From: the human T2T-CHM13v2.0 reference genome, Homo sapiens
Assembly (NCBI RefSeq): GCF_009914755.1
Contig: NC_060942.1
Strand: one strand, 5' to 3'
Length of the DNA: 64,000 nt
Shown here in pieces: positions 15,239-32,500 of this stretch. The stretch's first letter is position 1. Each line of letters starts with the position of its first letter. Under the pieces are notes generated by a model. The model worked only from the letters and a program-made list of their open reading frames with translations. It made no database searches and had not been told where the DNA came from. Position numbers and translations under genes: made by a program.

Positions 15239-16669
15239 GTGAGTAATACAAACATAAAACTTTAGTTTTAGATTTTTAAGTTGTTGAATGCAGCAAAGTT
15301 ACCGTAGGTACTCTTTTGCTACAGTAATACTAGTAACTTTTTTCTCTTTATTGAAATAATATAATTTAAGGTTGAAATTAACTACATGAAGTACAATTTT
15401 ATACAAGTGATACATTAAAAATATTTTAGGTTATAAAACTGTAAGGGTAGAAAAGAAGTGTTTGAGGTAACATAAAACCTCAAGGTATTATCATTGTGTA
15501 TTACTCCTTATATCATAACAAGGAAGTTAATGGGGGAAGTACGTGACCTTTAATCTGAAAGCAGGAAGCAGTGTTTGACAGAGTGACAGGGGTAACATTT
15601 CTGAACTGATCAGACCCCTGGGACCTTTTTCTTGGTGCCTCAGTCATACAGCATATCTGAACTAGTTGGGTGGGTGCCTATATCTGGAGTAAGAAGTGTG
15701 TTTGTGGGGATCATTGGCATCGTACAGGTCGGTTGGTCAGTGACCATTTCTTAATGAGTGACAGTTGTCAAGAGTATGTAGAACTCTGTAGGCTAATTTT
15801 AATTAGAACAGATTTCTAATAAGTTAAGCCTTCACCTGAGATAAAAGGCATATCAACAGTGAGAACTACATGAAGACACAGGATATCAACCTCGTGTAGG
15901 CTTTCTGAAAGACAATGATGGAACCTGTGGATCTGAAAATAAAACCTTTCAGGAATAGTTTAAGAAGGTGGTTATGTCATTTAATATTTGTAGAAAACCC
16001 TATTACTTCTCCACTTATTTCTCATTATTTTAGCATCATTACTAGTTTGCTTAGTGTCATACTCATATTGCATTAGCAAACATCTATTATTGTGAATGCC
16101 ATTGGGCTGTGCTGACTGTATATAAGCAAACTAGACACAGCAGAAAGTCCCCATTACCTGTGCGTCATTCTCCTTGCTGTAGTGTCCTCAAATTCACATA
16201 AAGCCTCAATGAGACCTGCCTCAAGTAGGTCTTGAACTGTCAAAAACCATCCTAGTAATTGTTTCTCTTACTGGGGGAGAATAGGGGGTCTGGATAGAAT
16301 CCCCTTTCCTAAATTAGTCTGTTAATTCTTGCTTTTCTTTAATGAACATTATGAAAAGTTATTTCAGAAAAACTTTTGTAAATAGCCACCACTAAGATTC
16401 TAAAATTTTCCTGGCCCTTTGAGTTTTTCCTCATTTCCCACAATTCAGGGAGTACCAAAAATTTAGGTTTAAAAGAAGAATGTTGTATAGGGAAAGCTTT
16501 TAATAGGCTTCAGTGGCATGTATTTGACCAGTAGTACAAAGTTATCTCCGGACAGTAGTGGACACACAACTGATGAACTACATCTTTCCCTACAAGGTGC
16601 TTCAGGTGCGGGGCGGGATTTTATTTTATGTATACTAGAGGGTGAAAGCATAGAATCCAGAAGGAGACT

Positions 16670-16850
16670 CCCTAAGTTAGTATCCAGATTTGCTACTTAC
16701 TAGCTTCATAACTTTGGGCAAGTGACTTTAATCTCTCTCTGCCTTAATTTCCTTATCTATATAATGGGGTTAATAATAGTAGGCACCTCATAGGGTAGAG
16801 TGAGGTTTCATTAGATCTGTTATATATAAAGCATATAGAACGGTGCCAGC
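16670..16850 (+). mobile_element. MIR
   Basis: tgggcaagtgactttaatctctctctgccttaatttccttatctatataatgggg core. Confidence 0.8.
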
Positions 16851-17059
16851 TGAGGCATCAGGAAATGGTAACTACTGCTACTTCCTATTGTGAACACCAC
16901 CATCGTTTTTTTCCATTCAAGAGTGTTTTTATTAAAAATCTGAAGAGTAGAAACTATATTCTGTAAGTGATGCTGCTGATGTTATATACTTTTCATGTAT
17001 CTTTAACTCTGGAAATATACCATGGATCTTACATGTTTTGCTTTTTTATCTTTGTATAG

Positions 17060-17092
17060 ATAATAAAGAGCAAACAACTGACCAGCCTTTGG
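17060..17092 (+). CDS. MALT1: MALT1 exon 9 (33 nt), (D)NKEQTTDQPL
   Basis: gtatag|ATAATAAA...CCTTTGG|gtgagt. Confidence 0.96.
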
Positions 17093-18204
17093 GTGAGTAG
17101 AACTTTAAAATGCATTATCAAAGTATAATTATTGTGTATAACTCCAGAAGGAATTTAAGACATTTTAATTTGGTTTTTTAAAGAAATGTGAATAACATTG
17201 GGACCAAATGTTTTATTTTTTTGTATCTGTAAAAGAAGGTTTAGAAGAGGAGGCTTAAAAATGATTACAAATTCAGTTTCTAGGGTCAAGTCAACTTCTG
17301 TGGAGTGATTTGTGTGTTTCTCACGATATGCAAACAGACATGCGTACAAAAAGAAACATGTACATGCTGCATAGTTAGCATAGAGGAGGAAGTGGTTAGT
17401 GCTGTCTCTTGGTGAGGGATAGAAATCACAAAGGCTGCAGTAGCTTTAGCGTTTGCTCCCCTGTCTTCTCCAATGGAAAGAGAAAAGAATTTAGGATAAA
17501 ATGTAAACGAACAGTTGCATTTGAAGAATGCCTGGGACAAGAAAATGTAAGGGAGAAAACTTTAGCAGATAAAAGTTTAGCAGATTAACATTTAAAGATG
17601 GTAAAAATAGCTAACAGCTTGATGCTGGCAGAAGCCAGATAAAATATGTCTAAAATTTGTCCATTGGATTCAGCTACTGAAGATGTGATTGGTGGCTTTG
17701 AGTGGAATGTTGAAAGTGCCTAATATGTGTCAGTTACTGAGTTATGCTGGGAATTTAAACATGGATACAATGTATAAAATAGTGGAAAAAGAAAGATTCA
17801 GAAGTGAACAAATGAAGACAGTACATATTAATTTGTTGGAAAGAAAGAGTGGTTTGAAATTAACTAGATAGGGCATATATTCAAAGTGTTTTGGTAGGAG
17901 GGGAAAATGTGAGGATATTTACATTTGGAAAGGAAGTATCTGTTGAGACTGTGTAGATTAGAGTGATCCATCAAAGAGAGGACAATTTATAGAGCAAGTT
18001 CCTAGAAGAGATGATAGGGATTTGGGCCAAGGTGAAAACAAGAGAAATTGGCTTTAATCAGAATGTTGAAACCTCTTTTGAGATTAAAAAGAAGGAGAGA
18101 TTGGTGAACAGATAGATTTATTGGGAAGCTGAGGACATTTTTAGTTTATGTTTTTTGTTTCTAAGTAATTAGGCGTAGTAATATGCTTAAAAGATTGAGG
18201 AAAA

Positions 18205-18547
<343 letters not shown>

Positions 18548-18674
18548 CTATGGCAGAGGCTTAGAGGCTAAAGAAAATGGAAGCAAGGTCTTACAAGTCT
18601 GATCTACAAGTGAATGTGTATTGAGAGTCCAACTAAGACTTTTAAAGAGTAAGAATTTATAATGGTTCAGATCA

Positions 18675-18869
<195 letters not shown>

Positions 18870-19471
18870 TCAAAAAAAAAAAAAAAAAAAAAAGAAACCT
18901 GCTATGTTTCATTCATAGTGGTAAGTTTTCATGTATTCCAGCTCCATGATCTTTTCTTTAGATCCTCCAGACAGACCTCACTGATTAAGAAATACCTATT
19001 AAAATAGTGTTCTGAACAAAGGCATAGCATCATCATATTCTGTAGAGAGGAGCATACATATGTCTTAGGTACACAAAATGACAAGATCCAAATGTAACTG
19101 GGTTAGTTGCTGAAGATGGTTTAATCACAAATATGCATTTAATAGTAATGCTAATAAACTAAGTGTTTTCACCTAGTGAAATGTTTAATTTAACCCTGAG
19201 ATGTAGGTATTTTTCCTCATTTTTAGTAGATGAAAATTTAAAACTGTAAGTGTTTAATAAAACTTGCTCAGGATTATACAATGTAGTAGTTGAGACAGGA
19301 TTGAAACCCATCTATCTCTCATTCCATAGCCTCTGTTAGCTCCATTATGCCAGGTATTCTTTCTCAAACATGTCCCAATTGAAAGAATAACAAGATAAAT
19401 GGAATATCAGGTCAACTTCTATCATTGAAGTTCACTAAACATTTATCTAATGTTTCATCTGTGCTTTATGA

Positions 19472-19779
19472 CAGGCATCCCCCACCCCCAGGCTGTGGAC
19501 CAGAACTGGTCTGTGGCCTGTTAGGAACTGAGACACACAGCAGGAGGCGAGTGAGCGAGCATTACCACCTGAGCTCTGCCTCCTGTCAGATCAGCAGCGG
19601 CATTTGATTCTCATAGGAGTGTGAACCCTATTGTGCACTCCTTAGGAGAATCTAACTAATGCCTGATGATCTGAGATGGAACAATTTCATCTCAAAACCA
19701 CCCCTCCCCTGACACCGTCCATGGAAAAATTGTCTTCCACAAAACTGGTCCCTGGTGCCAGAAAGGTTGGGGACCGCTG
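19472..19779. mobile_element. MER1B hAT-Charlie MITE
   Basis: ctggtctgtggcctgttaggaac...aaaggttggggaccgctg; 8-bp ctttatga/cttaatga TSD. Confidence 0.9.
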
Positions 19780-20194
19780 CTTAATGAAACAAGAGAACAA
19801 GCCTTGGTTTGTGAATTCAAGGCTTTGGATACTAATAGGAGGCAGACATTAAATGAATAATATAGTACATGCTACATGCCTAGTAGAAATATGTAAAGAA
19901 TCTAGAAATTGTTCATAGAAGATGGTGATCAGATTAGTCGAGGAGAGTTAGAGAGGGCTTTACCTAAGAGGCAAAGCCAAGGTGAGGATTTTCAAGGACG
20001 AATTGGGAGCTCTCAAGGGGATAAAATGAAAATATATGGGATGAGAGTTCATTCAGAAATGAAGGAGAGGGAAAAAAGGGTGAAGACATGGTAAGAATGG
20101 AGGCATGAAATAGATGGTGTGGGTGAGGAACAAAGTTCAGTATTGCTAGAAGGTAGAAAACTAGGGAAGGAGTGGCTGGAGGCTATACTGGTAA

Positions 20195-20815
20195 TGTAGT
20201 TATTTATTGCTGAATAACACTGCAAAATTTACTAGCTTAAGAACAGCATCAGTTTTATTATCTCTCATTGTTCTGTGGGTTGGACTGGGTTTAGCAGGTG
20301 GTTCTGCTGGTCTTTCTTGGGGTCTCTCATGCAACTGCAGTCAGATGAGGCTGGGACTGCCACATTCAAGATGGCTTTGCTTACATACCTGGCACCTTAG
20401 TGGGGGTTGGTGAAAGACTGTGAAGACTGAAAAAATCTCCCTCCCTCTCTCTCTCTCTTTCTCTTCCTCTTACTCTGTCTCTCTGTCTCTCCCTCTCCTT
20501 GTCTGTCTCTCTCTGTCCTCCCCTCCTCTTCCCGCCCCCAACTTCTTTCTCTTCGTTTCCCTCTCCCTCTTTCCTTTGGTTCCTTCTCCCTCCCTGAGTG
20601 GTCTCTCCATGTAGCTGTTTTCTTTATGTCGGGCTGGATCTCCAAAGTGGAAACTGTCAGAGCTTTTAAGGGCTTAGACCCTGAACTGGCAGAGGGGTCA
20701 CACATATTATGTTGCTCAAAGAAAGTCGTGATACAGCCCAGATTCACAGGTGGGGGTGACTGTACTACACAAGGGCAAGGATACTGTGGTTTGCTGGGGG
20801 CTACCTGCTACCACA
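20195..20815. mobile_element. MLT1-type MaLR LTR containing a CT-rich tract (about 20437-20595), inserted in L2-like sequence
   Basis: atttattgctgaataacac...ctgcagtcagatgaggctggg...ctgctaccaca. Confidence 0.75.
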
Positions 20816-22225
20816 TCTGGAAAGATAGGCATGGACTAGAATGCAAATGGCCTTGAATGCCAAACTACATCACCAGTCTAACCCCCAGCCACTCCTTCCC
20901 TAGTCCTCTACCTTCCAGCAATACTGAGCTGCCTGTTCCTCACCCACACCATCAAACTGGGACTTTATTTTGTAGGACATGGAGAGTCATTAAAAGATTT
21001 AATACATGTGATTTTTAAATAAATACTTAATAGCATTTACTATATGCCAGCTCCTTTTCTAGGTGCTTCTGAATATTAACTCTATTTAGAAAAGTAACAT
21101 AATAATCAGAATTATTAGACATGGGATTAATGATATAACACCAGTTTTTGAAGAATATATTACATTAAACTTTGGAAGACGTTTAGGATCATGAGTTAAA
21201 ATGTCTTTCTGAAGTGGCTTCATTATTCTTTTGCTGAATCCACTGGCATTTTTGTTTCACTTTTCCAATAAATTGTTTGTGTTCAAGAAGTTGTGGGTAG
21301 CTCTTACAGTAAATATTTTTCTACAGAAAAACTCTTTCATTTATGTTATCACTTGAAAACCATTATAAATTGCTTTATATTTGCCGTCTTGAAGTTTTCT
21401 TTATTCCTCACTCTTACCTCCTCAAATTCAAGTTTTATTGTTCGTTTCTCTGTCGTGTCCTTTTTCCTCTCCCTTTCTACTACTTCTCGATCTTCCATCC
21501 ACCCCAGTTCACCTGTCACCCAGGAACTGTTTTACAAGTAGATTGGACAGGTAAGATTTACTTACCCACCATCTTTTTCACCAGTAAAGTCAAGGAAATG
21601 CTCTAAGACATCTTAGGAACTAGCTATTAAAAATTATCATTGGAGGAAAATTTTAGAAGTGTTATAGACAATTATCGATACATATGTTTTAAGACCTGTA
21701 GTTCTCACACTGTTGAACCCGTGCATTCTGTAAACTGTACCAAGTATTCTTTCCCAAATAGAGAACAAAACCAGTGAATAATGATTTGATATCAGCAAAA
21801 ACATCCCATGATGCTTAGTTTGACAGTTAATTTTATTTCCCCAAAGACCCAGTGATTTTTTTATTATATACTTATAATTGTTTTCTACCAATAAAAATCT
21901 ATGATGTGTATAATTAAATGATGGTATTCCATGGAAAAATGGAATTATTTACAAGCATTTTACTACCCCAGTAACTTTTTAACCTCTTGCTGTAAACCTA
22001 TGATTTGGACTATAATGATGTAAAGCAGAGACAATGCATTCTCACATTTCCCCTCACCTTAGAAGAAGACTGATTTGAGTCTGTCACTCTGTTGAGGTTG
22101 GATCCTTATTCTAATAGCATTGATGGACTCAAAAAAATGTGCTGTGGATCAGCCAGCTAAGAGTCTTGCTGTAGCAGGTACTTTAGTGTAAGAATACTAG
22201 TTTATTTTAAAAGAAATTTTAAAAA

Positions 22226-22516
22226 GGCCAGGCGTGGTGGCTCACACCTGTAATCCCAGCACTTTGGAAGGCCGAGGTGGGCAGATCACCTGAGGTCAGG
22301 AGTTCGAGACCACCCCGACCTAAGTGGAGAAACCCCATCTCTACTAAAAATACAAAATTAGCTGGGCGTGGTGGCGCATGCCTGTAATCCCAGCTACTCG
22401 GGAGGCTGAGGTGGGAGAATCGCTTGAACCCGGGAGGCAGAAGGTTGCAGTGAGCTGAGATCATGCCATTGCACTCCAGCCTGGGCAACAAGAGCGAAAC
22501 TCCGTCTCAAAAAAAA
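22226..22516 (+). mobile_element. Alu (AluSp-like)
   Basis: Alu consensus with gggcaacaagagcgaaactcc. Confidence 0.95.
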
Positions 22517-24175
22517 GGAAATACAAGTGATGTTAAGTTTTATGCTGCCTCCTATTGAAATCCATGCTGAGTATTCTCCGCTTTTTCATTGAATTAATAA
22601 TGCGGCTTAAGTATCATTTCACTGTTATGTATATTCATAACACTGGGCAGTTGGCTAGAAATCTCTGAACATGTACATATAGAATAGAGATGACATGATA
22701 TAAAATTACTGAGGCTTTTCACAAAGTAGAGTTTTTTTTATCCTTTGAGAGAGTCACAGTCTTTTAAATTGATGCTAGTTTTAACACTAGGTTTAAGTGT
22801 TCCATGGAAAGAAAAGCAATTTCACCAGAGAGATTTTTGGTGAAATAATCATCTCAATTATTTGAAACATCTGAAATTACATATTGTAGACGTCGAGTCA
22901 GCAATGTGATTATTCATGCCTGTTTCAACTTCATAAGAGTAGTATTCATAATAACTTACAAATAAACTACTTAGCAGCACTTTGTGGCAGGGGTTGGTTA
23001 CCAAGTCCTGGCCTGCGTCAGAGGGGGTGGCCTGCAGTTCTACCCAGGCGGCTCTTCAGCCAGTTGGCTGGGGCTGCAGGTGCTCTTGTCACCCTGTCTC
23101 TCTGCTCCCTGGCATTTCTGTCACTGCTGCTACTATTACGGGTGCTGCACACGCCCCACTGTCAGCCCTCAAGAAGAAAGCCGTCAGAGGCTATTATTGT
23201 CACGGGATGGTCTTGAGGTTTTGGTGTGTTCTTTATTTTTTTTTTTTTATTTTTTTCTTCCCTTTGATACCAGTGGGTCTTGAGTTTTTAACCATTGACC
23301 CCATTCCAGGCTATCAAAGAAAGGTACCGTGTTGAAGACCTCATAAGCACTAAGCTAGGTCTGGCTTTCCACACTGTTTTAGATGGGCTGCACACCTGGT
23401 TAAGCTAGCTGCTACTTTTTAAGGCATAGATACAGATCTTTTTTTCTCTTATGAACAAAAAAACTGTTTCTATCAGAATACATTATCTTTGAGCAAAGTC
23501 TCAGTGCACTAAGTTCAAAAAATGAACTTTTAAGGTACTCATACACAAAATCTTCACATACCCCTGAAATAGCCTCATCTGAGTCAAATGGGGGAGTATT
23601 TTTAAAAGATGCTAAGAGGAGACGGTAGTACATCCACATGGCTACTGCAGAAACCAAGAATACAGTACCCGTGAAGTTCTCTCTCTCTTTGATATTTCCC
23701 CTCATTCACTCTGATGGGATTCTTCCTGTCCCTTTTTTAGTTATCTTGTTTTTAGCCTCTTCCATTCTCAGCAAAACAGAACCTAATTTGATGGGAACCC
23801 AATTTCAAATATTCCTTGTTTAAATTTTCTCCAAAAGTCTAGTTGAATATTATATCCCTTTTGTTATAATTTAATAAAAGTAAACTTTAATATTAATTAC
23901 TGTTATGTTTCATATACAGCTAATAAATATCCTTTGCCTGGCTCTCAAAAGTGTGAATATGCTTAATTTCAGTTTGATGATTTTAGCATCTGTGTTCCTC
24001 AGAGAATATTGATCTGCTTACATAAATAGTTCTAAAATGAAATTAAATAATGAAATCTTATTTGAAATGAAATAATGCAATCTTAAAGCATACTTTTTAT
24101 TATAATACCATCTCCATAGGTTTTGTTTTAATCTTTATATCTTCTTTAAACACCCCCTTTCTTTTTTTTTCAAAG

Positions 24176-24379
24176 CGAAGGACAAGGTTGCCCTTTTGAT
24201 AGGAAATATGAATTACCGGGAGCACCCCAAGCTCAAAGCTCCTTTGGTGGATGTGTACGAATTGACTAACTTACTGAGACAGCTGGACTTCAAAGTGGTT
24301 TCACTGTTGGATCTTACTGAATATGAGATGCGTAATGCTGTGGATGAGTTTTTACTCCTTTTAGACAAGGGAGTATATG
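24176..24379 (+). CDS. MALT1: MALT1 exon 10 (204 nt), start of caspase-like domain, (A)KDKVALLIGNMNY...LDKGVY
   Basis: poly-Y then caaag|CGAAG acceptor; TATG|gtaaga donor; overlaps ORF 24196..24441. Confidence 0.99.
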
Positions 24380-25656
24380 GTAAGATATTTATAATGTTTG
24401 TTTTTACAATTATCCATTATTCTTTTCATTATACAAGTTAGGTTAAGAGTTGAAAATCAGATAAAGATAAGGTAAACATGTTGTTGAATGGAAGAGTTTT
24501 ATTTTTCTTATTAAGATGATACATTTGATCTTCATTCCATCTGAATAACTAATTAGCTTCATGTCTTTACTTTTATGTTTCCTGTTTTGTCAAAACATAT
24601 TTTTCTTACTAGAATTCTTACCTGTCTTTTGTGATTTTTTTTTAATTGATAGAGCCACAGTATAATAAAACTTGATAACCACACAGCAAAATTTACATTC
24701 ATATGCGTAAAATATTACAGTATGTGGGGTTTTCTTTGAGGGGGGTAGCATAAAAGGTTCTAGTAGAATGTATATTTTGTATGTTTCCTTTTCCTAACTA
24801 TTGCATGGTCTTTTCTAGTCTTTTAGTGAGAACTAGATTTTAACAAGGAAATGTTGGTGGATGGGGCATATAATAGTAATTTGTAAATTAAAGTTCTATA
24901 CAGATATGCTTAGAAATGTACCTCTACAAAAATTCTTACAGTAAATATTTAATGTTTTTTCCCCATTCTTTCACCTAAATATATTAACACTGCATATATG
25001 GTAAAGAATTTCAAAGGAGACAGAATGTGCTGTCACTAGCTAATCATTTATTTGGTGATTTATTTCTTTCAATATGGGAAGGCCAGCTGTTGAGCTCATC
25101 TGAACCGTGTTTTGCAGGATTGTGCTTCCATGACATTGTGCAATAACATCAGATTGCCAGGGAAGTGACATTTCCAGGCCTGTTGTTAGGCATGCAATGA
25201 TAAACAAAAAGTACCGGTTTGGCTCCTGTATCTTTCCAGTTATTTTATTTTAATAATTTCTGAATTTACTCTTGTTATTTATAATTAGATTGATATGATA
25301 AGGCAAGTTTGGTCAGAATTTTTAATGGTGCTCAAAGTAGAATTTTTAATGGAACAAAAGCTTTTTTTTTCCCCCCAAGATTTACCACACTGTTGTGTAA
25401 GGGATGGGGAAAAGTCTCAAAATCTTACTTAAATGAGTTTCCCTCTCTAAATAGTGAGGATTTAGAGAAAGACAAATGAAGTTAACAAGGTAAACACCTC
25501 AAATGTGAGATTTCAGCTATTATGCTGATGTGTTAATAAAACTTTATTTATAACTCTTATGGACTGATGACTAATGGGTGAATCCATCCATTTTTTTCTT
25601 ATGAAAATATGAAAGAATATACAATGCAAATATGCCACCTTGGTAATTGGCTTATA

Positions 25657-26615
<959 letters not shown>

Positions 26616-26821
26616 TATTTTCAATCTGGCATCAGGGGTGTTGTTTGTTTTTATATTATACAATTGATCTCAGCTTTTAAGGTGCCTACGTGACATAAAA
26701 AGGAAAAGGCTTCCAAAACTTCACTAGAAGTGATGAGGTGTAAGGAAAAAATATTGATCAGTTTAGGTTTCTGTATTGGTGAAGTATTTAAAGATTGAGG
26801 GAATCATATGAAGAATTACTA

Positions 26822-27268
<447 letters not shown>

Positions 27269-28399
27269 TTAGGCTGAAGCTTTGCCCCAATATAAAAACG
27301 TCATCTTGGAGTACAAAATAAAGAGGCATGTTAAAGCAAAATGTCAGCTTAAGAAAGCTAGAAAACTTTTAAATCCTACTGATTCGTGTCTTAACAGGGT
27401 GGCTGCATTATATTTTGAAGTATTGTGAATATTCCAAACATCAGACACATCTACACTAAATGTAAGTGTGGTAGAGGCTTGAGGGTTTAGGGCATATCAT
27501 AAAGAAACCTTTAGTTTTTCTTTTGGACTATGCCTTTACCGCTAGTTGATATTACCAGGGGACTCAGTGCTTGAGGGCTGTGGGGGAAGATGGAAGGCAG
27601 AGTCACAGGAATTTCAGCATGAACAGCTAGATACGGAGAACAGAGGAACTCGAGTTCATGCCCTTTTATATTATATTGCACGCAGGTTTGTAGAAGAAAT
27701 AAAAGTTGCAACAGAACAGACAATAATTCAGTTTTAAACATATGTAAACATAAAAAACAGAAACCAAAACCAGAAATAACTGTCCTTAAAAATACAAAAA
27801 TACATGTCCTTAAAGATAAATAAGGAGAAAGATTTCTAGTTATGTTGTATAGATGGCCAGGATAAAAAGTAACCCTTTGGCCTGAGATCTATCCCTGCAT
27901 AGCCTTTCTGTGTTCATCGCTTGCTGCAGCTTAGTTGTGCTTTCGTGTAGAAGAACGGTAAAGGAGTCTTGTCGGAATATGGCAAAAGTGTTATTCGGCC
28001 TGCAGCGGAGCAGCTGTTCAGTTCACATAGCTCAGTGGTTAAGCAGTGGGCCTTAGCATAGCTAGCCTGGGTTCAAAGCTTTGGCTTTCTGCTGACTTAG
28101 CTGTGTGACTGTGGTTCTTTAACTTTTCTAAGCCAAAAGGAATCTACAAAATGGATAGAACTAAATTAATGAGGTTTACAGGATAAGATAAAATAATTAT
28201 CCCTGTGCCTGGCACACTAAAAATGCTCAAAATATTGTACCTATTATTGTTGTCGTTTCCTGTCAATTTATTAAAGACATTCAAGCACTTTTTCATCTTT
28301 AGATTGGGGATTTGGACTAGGTAGCATTCTATTTCAGGCCTCAATGAGAGAAACCCAGCTTTAATCAGTTTCTGTGTATTAAGGGTCTACCTAAGGTTT

Positions 28400-28725
28400 T
28401 TTGGGTTTTTTTTTGGTTTTGGGTTTTTGTTTGTTTTGTTTTTTGATACGGATGGAGTCTTGCTCTGTCGCCCAGGCTGGAGTGCGGTGGCGCAATCTCG
28501 GCTCACGGCAACCTCTGCCTCCTGGGTTCAAGCAGTTCTCCTGCCTGAGCCCCCAGAGTAGCTGGGATTACAGGCACATGCCACCAACGCCTGGCTAATT
28601 TTTTGTATTTTTAGTAGAGACAGGCTTCACTGTGTTAGCCAGGATGGTCTCGCTCTATCTCCTGACCTTGTGATCCACCCACCTTGGCCTCCCAAAAGGC
28701 CAGGCGTGAGCCACTGCACCCAGCC
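28400..28725 (-). mobile_element. Alu, antisense
   Basis: Alu consensus; aaggttttt TSD. Confidence 0.92.
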
Positions 28726-29451
28726 TGCCAAAGGTTTTTTGTGTTTTTTTTTTTGTTTTTTTTTTTTTTTTGAGGAAAAAAAGTCAGGGGGTTTAAAGCT
28801 GTAGTGTAGTAAAACAGTGAAAAGCCAGTGCACTGACATTTTACGTTGTCTGAGAGTCGAGTTACCTAAAAAGCCAGCAGTAGATTATAGAGACAGTATC
28901 ATATAGCACAGTAGCGAGGCTGGCCTGCATCTGTATTTTGGTTCTGTCACTTACTAGGCATTTCAGTTTGGGTGAGCTTTTAAACCTCTTCATGTCTCAG
29001 TTTTCCCATCTGTAAAAGAGGGATGTTAATATTACCTACTTTGTTGTGAGGATTGTGTGAGGCAATGTAACTAGTGACCTTTCTTGGAACCGTGCCTGGC
29101 ACATAGTAAGTGCCGTGTAAGCCTGCTGGGGTGGCGGGTGTTGTGCTCATCAGCCACTCACTGTGCTAAGTGGAGTGCATATTCAGTTGAGTGGAAAAGT
29201 TTTTCATTTAAATGATTATTTTCTCTGTAGACAAAAATAAATATCTGTGACTATATTCTTGAATCATCCTCCCAAGAAATAAAACTCCCTAAAGATCTAA
29301 TTTGCAGAATTGTATTTCTAAGTACAGTAAGTTCTTTGACATTTGTTTAAAAAATACCTATTTTCTTCTCTATCCTTGAGTAATGGGATGGTTAACTAAA
29401 TAAATAAGCAGTACTAGAGATGGAATTTAAAAACAACAACAACAACGATTT

Positions 29452-29784
<333 letters not shown>

Positions 29785-30335
29785 TTACACAAAAGTACTT
29801 AATTCCCCTCAATATAATTTGGTTGCAGACTTTGATACAGAATAGTTACACTTTTCATAAGACATTTTGGGAAAGAGAAAAAATATTTTGGTGTTAAGTG
29901 CCTTAATTCCATTCAGCAGTTGCAGGGCTGGGCATGTGGCATTAATGTAACAGAACAACATTCAGCTTTTCCCTGGATGAATGGAAGCTAAGCCTTCCCT
30001 CAGAGTTGTATCTTCACCCCAATCAAGTCTTGCTGGAGCCAGACGTATTACCTGACATGAGGGAGGCAGCACCCAGGCCTGCTGTCAGTCGTCTCTGAGT
30101 AATACCAGTTGTTGAAATGGTACCATTTCTACTAAAAGTCAGACCCTTGAAAAGAGACCTCCAGATCTGACCCTGTCTTGATTGGTTTGCATTGTTAATT
30201 TAATGCAATTCAGTAAGTATTTACTGAGTTATTTTTGTTACATCTATAGTCCAGATGAAGGAGTATGCTATGTGCTGAGAGAAATAATAGTGAATAAAGA
30301 TCATGATCTGTCCTCCTAAGAAAATTACAGTCCTG

Positions 30336-30643
<308 letters not shown>

Positions 30644-31289
30644 ATTATAGTCCTTTAATACAAGGAGAAAAAAACACTATGGAGTCAAAACATCAACTCT
30701 GTGATTTTAAGCAAATCATTTAATCTTTGTAATTTAATTTTCTCATCTATAAAATAAGGGCAGAAATCACTTAAAGTTGTTATATGGATTAAAATTAGAT
30801 TGTGTATATGAAAGTCCTTTGAAAACCAAGAAAATGTTATACAGGTTGAGTATCTCTAATCTGAAAATCCCAAATCCAAAACACTCCTGGTCCCAAACAT
30901 TTCAGATAAGAGCTACTCAGAGTGTGTAAATGTAAAAGATTAGTGTCATTATGATTTCTTATCAGAAAAACTAAGTAGACATAGGACTATAGAATGTCAG
31001 GAAAAGCCAGTATGTGATTGTCAGAAAGTGCTGCTACAGCATTTCAAAGTAGGGAGAATTTGAAGTGTGTTAGAAAGCCACAAACCAGTTACCAGGTAGT
31101 AGTTACCAGGTGAGTAACTTGCTAAGGATTCTGAACTTTGGAAATAACCCTTGAGGACTGGTTATGGTTTGGGTAGATAGAACGGAGATAGAGTAACTTG
31201 AGCAAAGTTGTGGACGTTAAAAATAAGTTTATCTTGCTCTTGAAGCAGTAAAGAGACTGATGGAAAATAAAGTTATATTTTGAATACTT

Positions 31290-32500
<1,211 letters not shown>

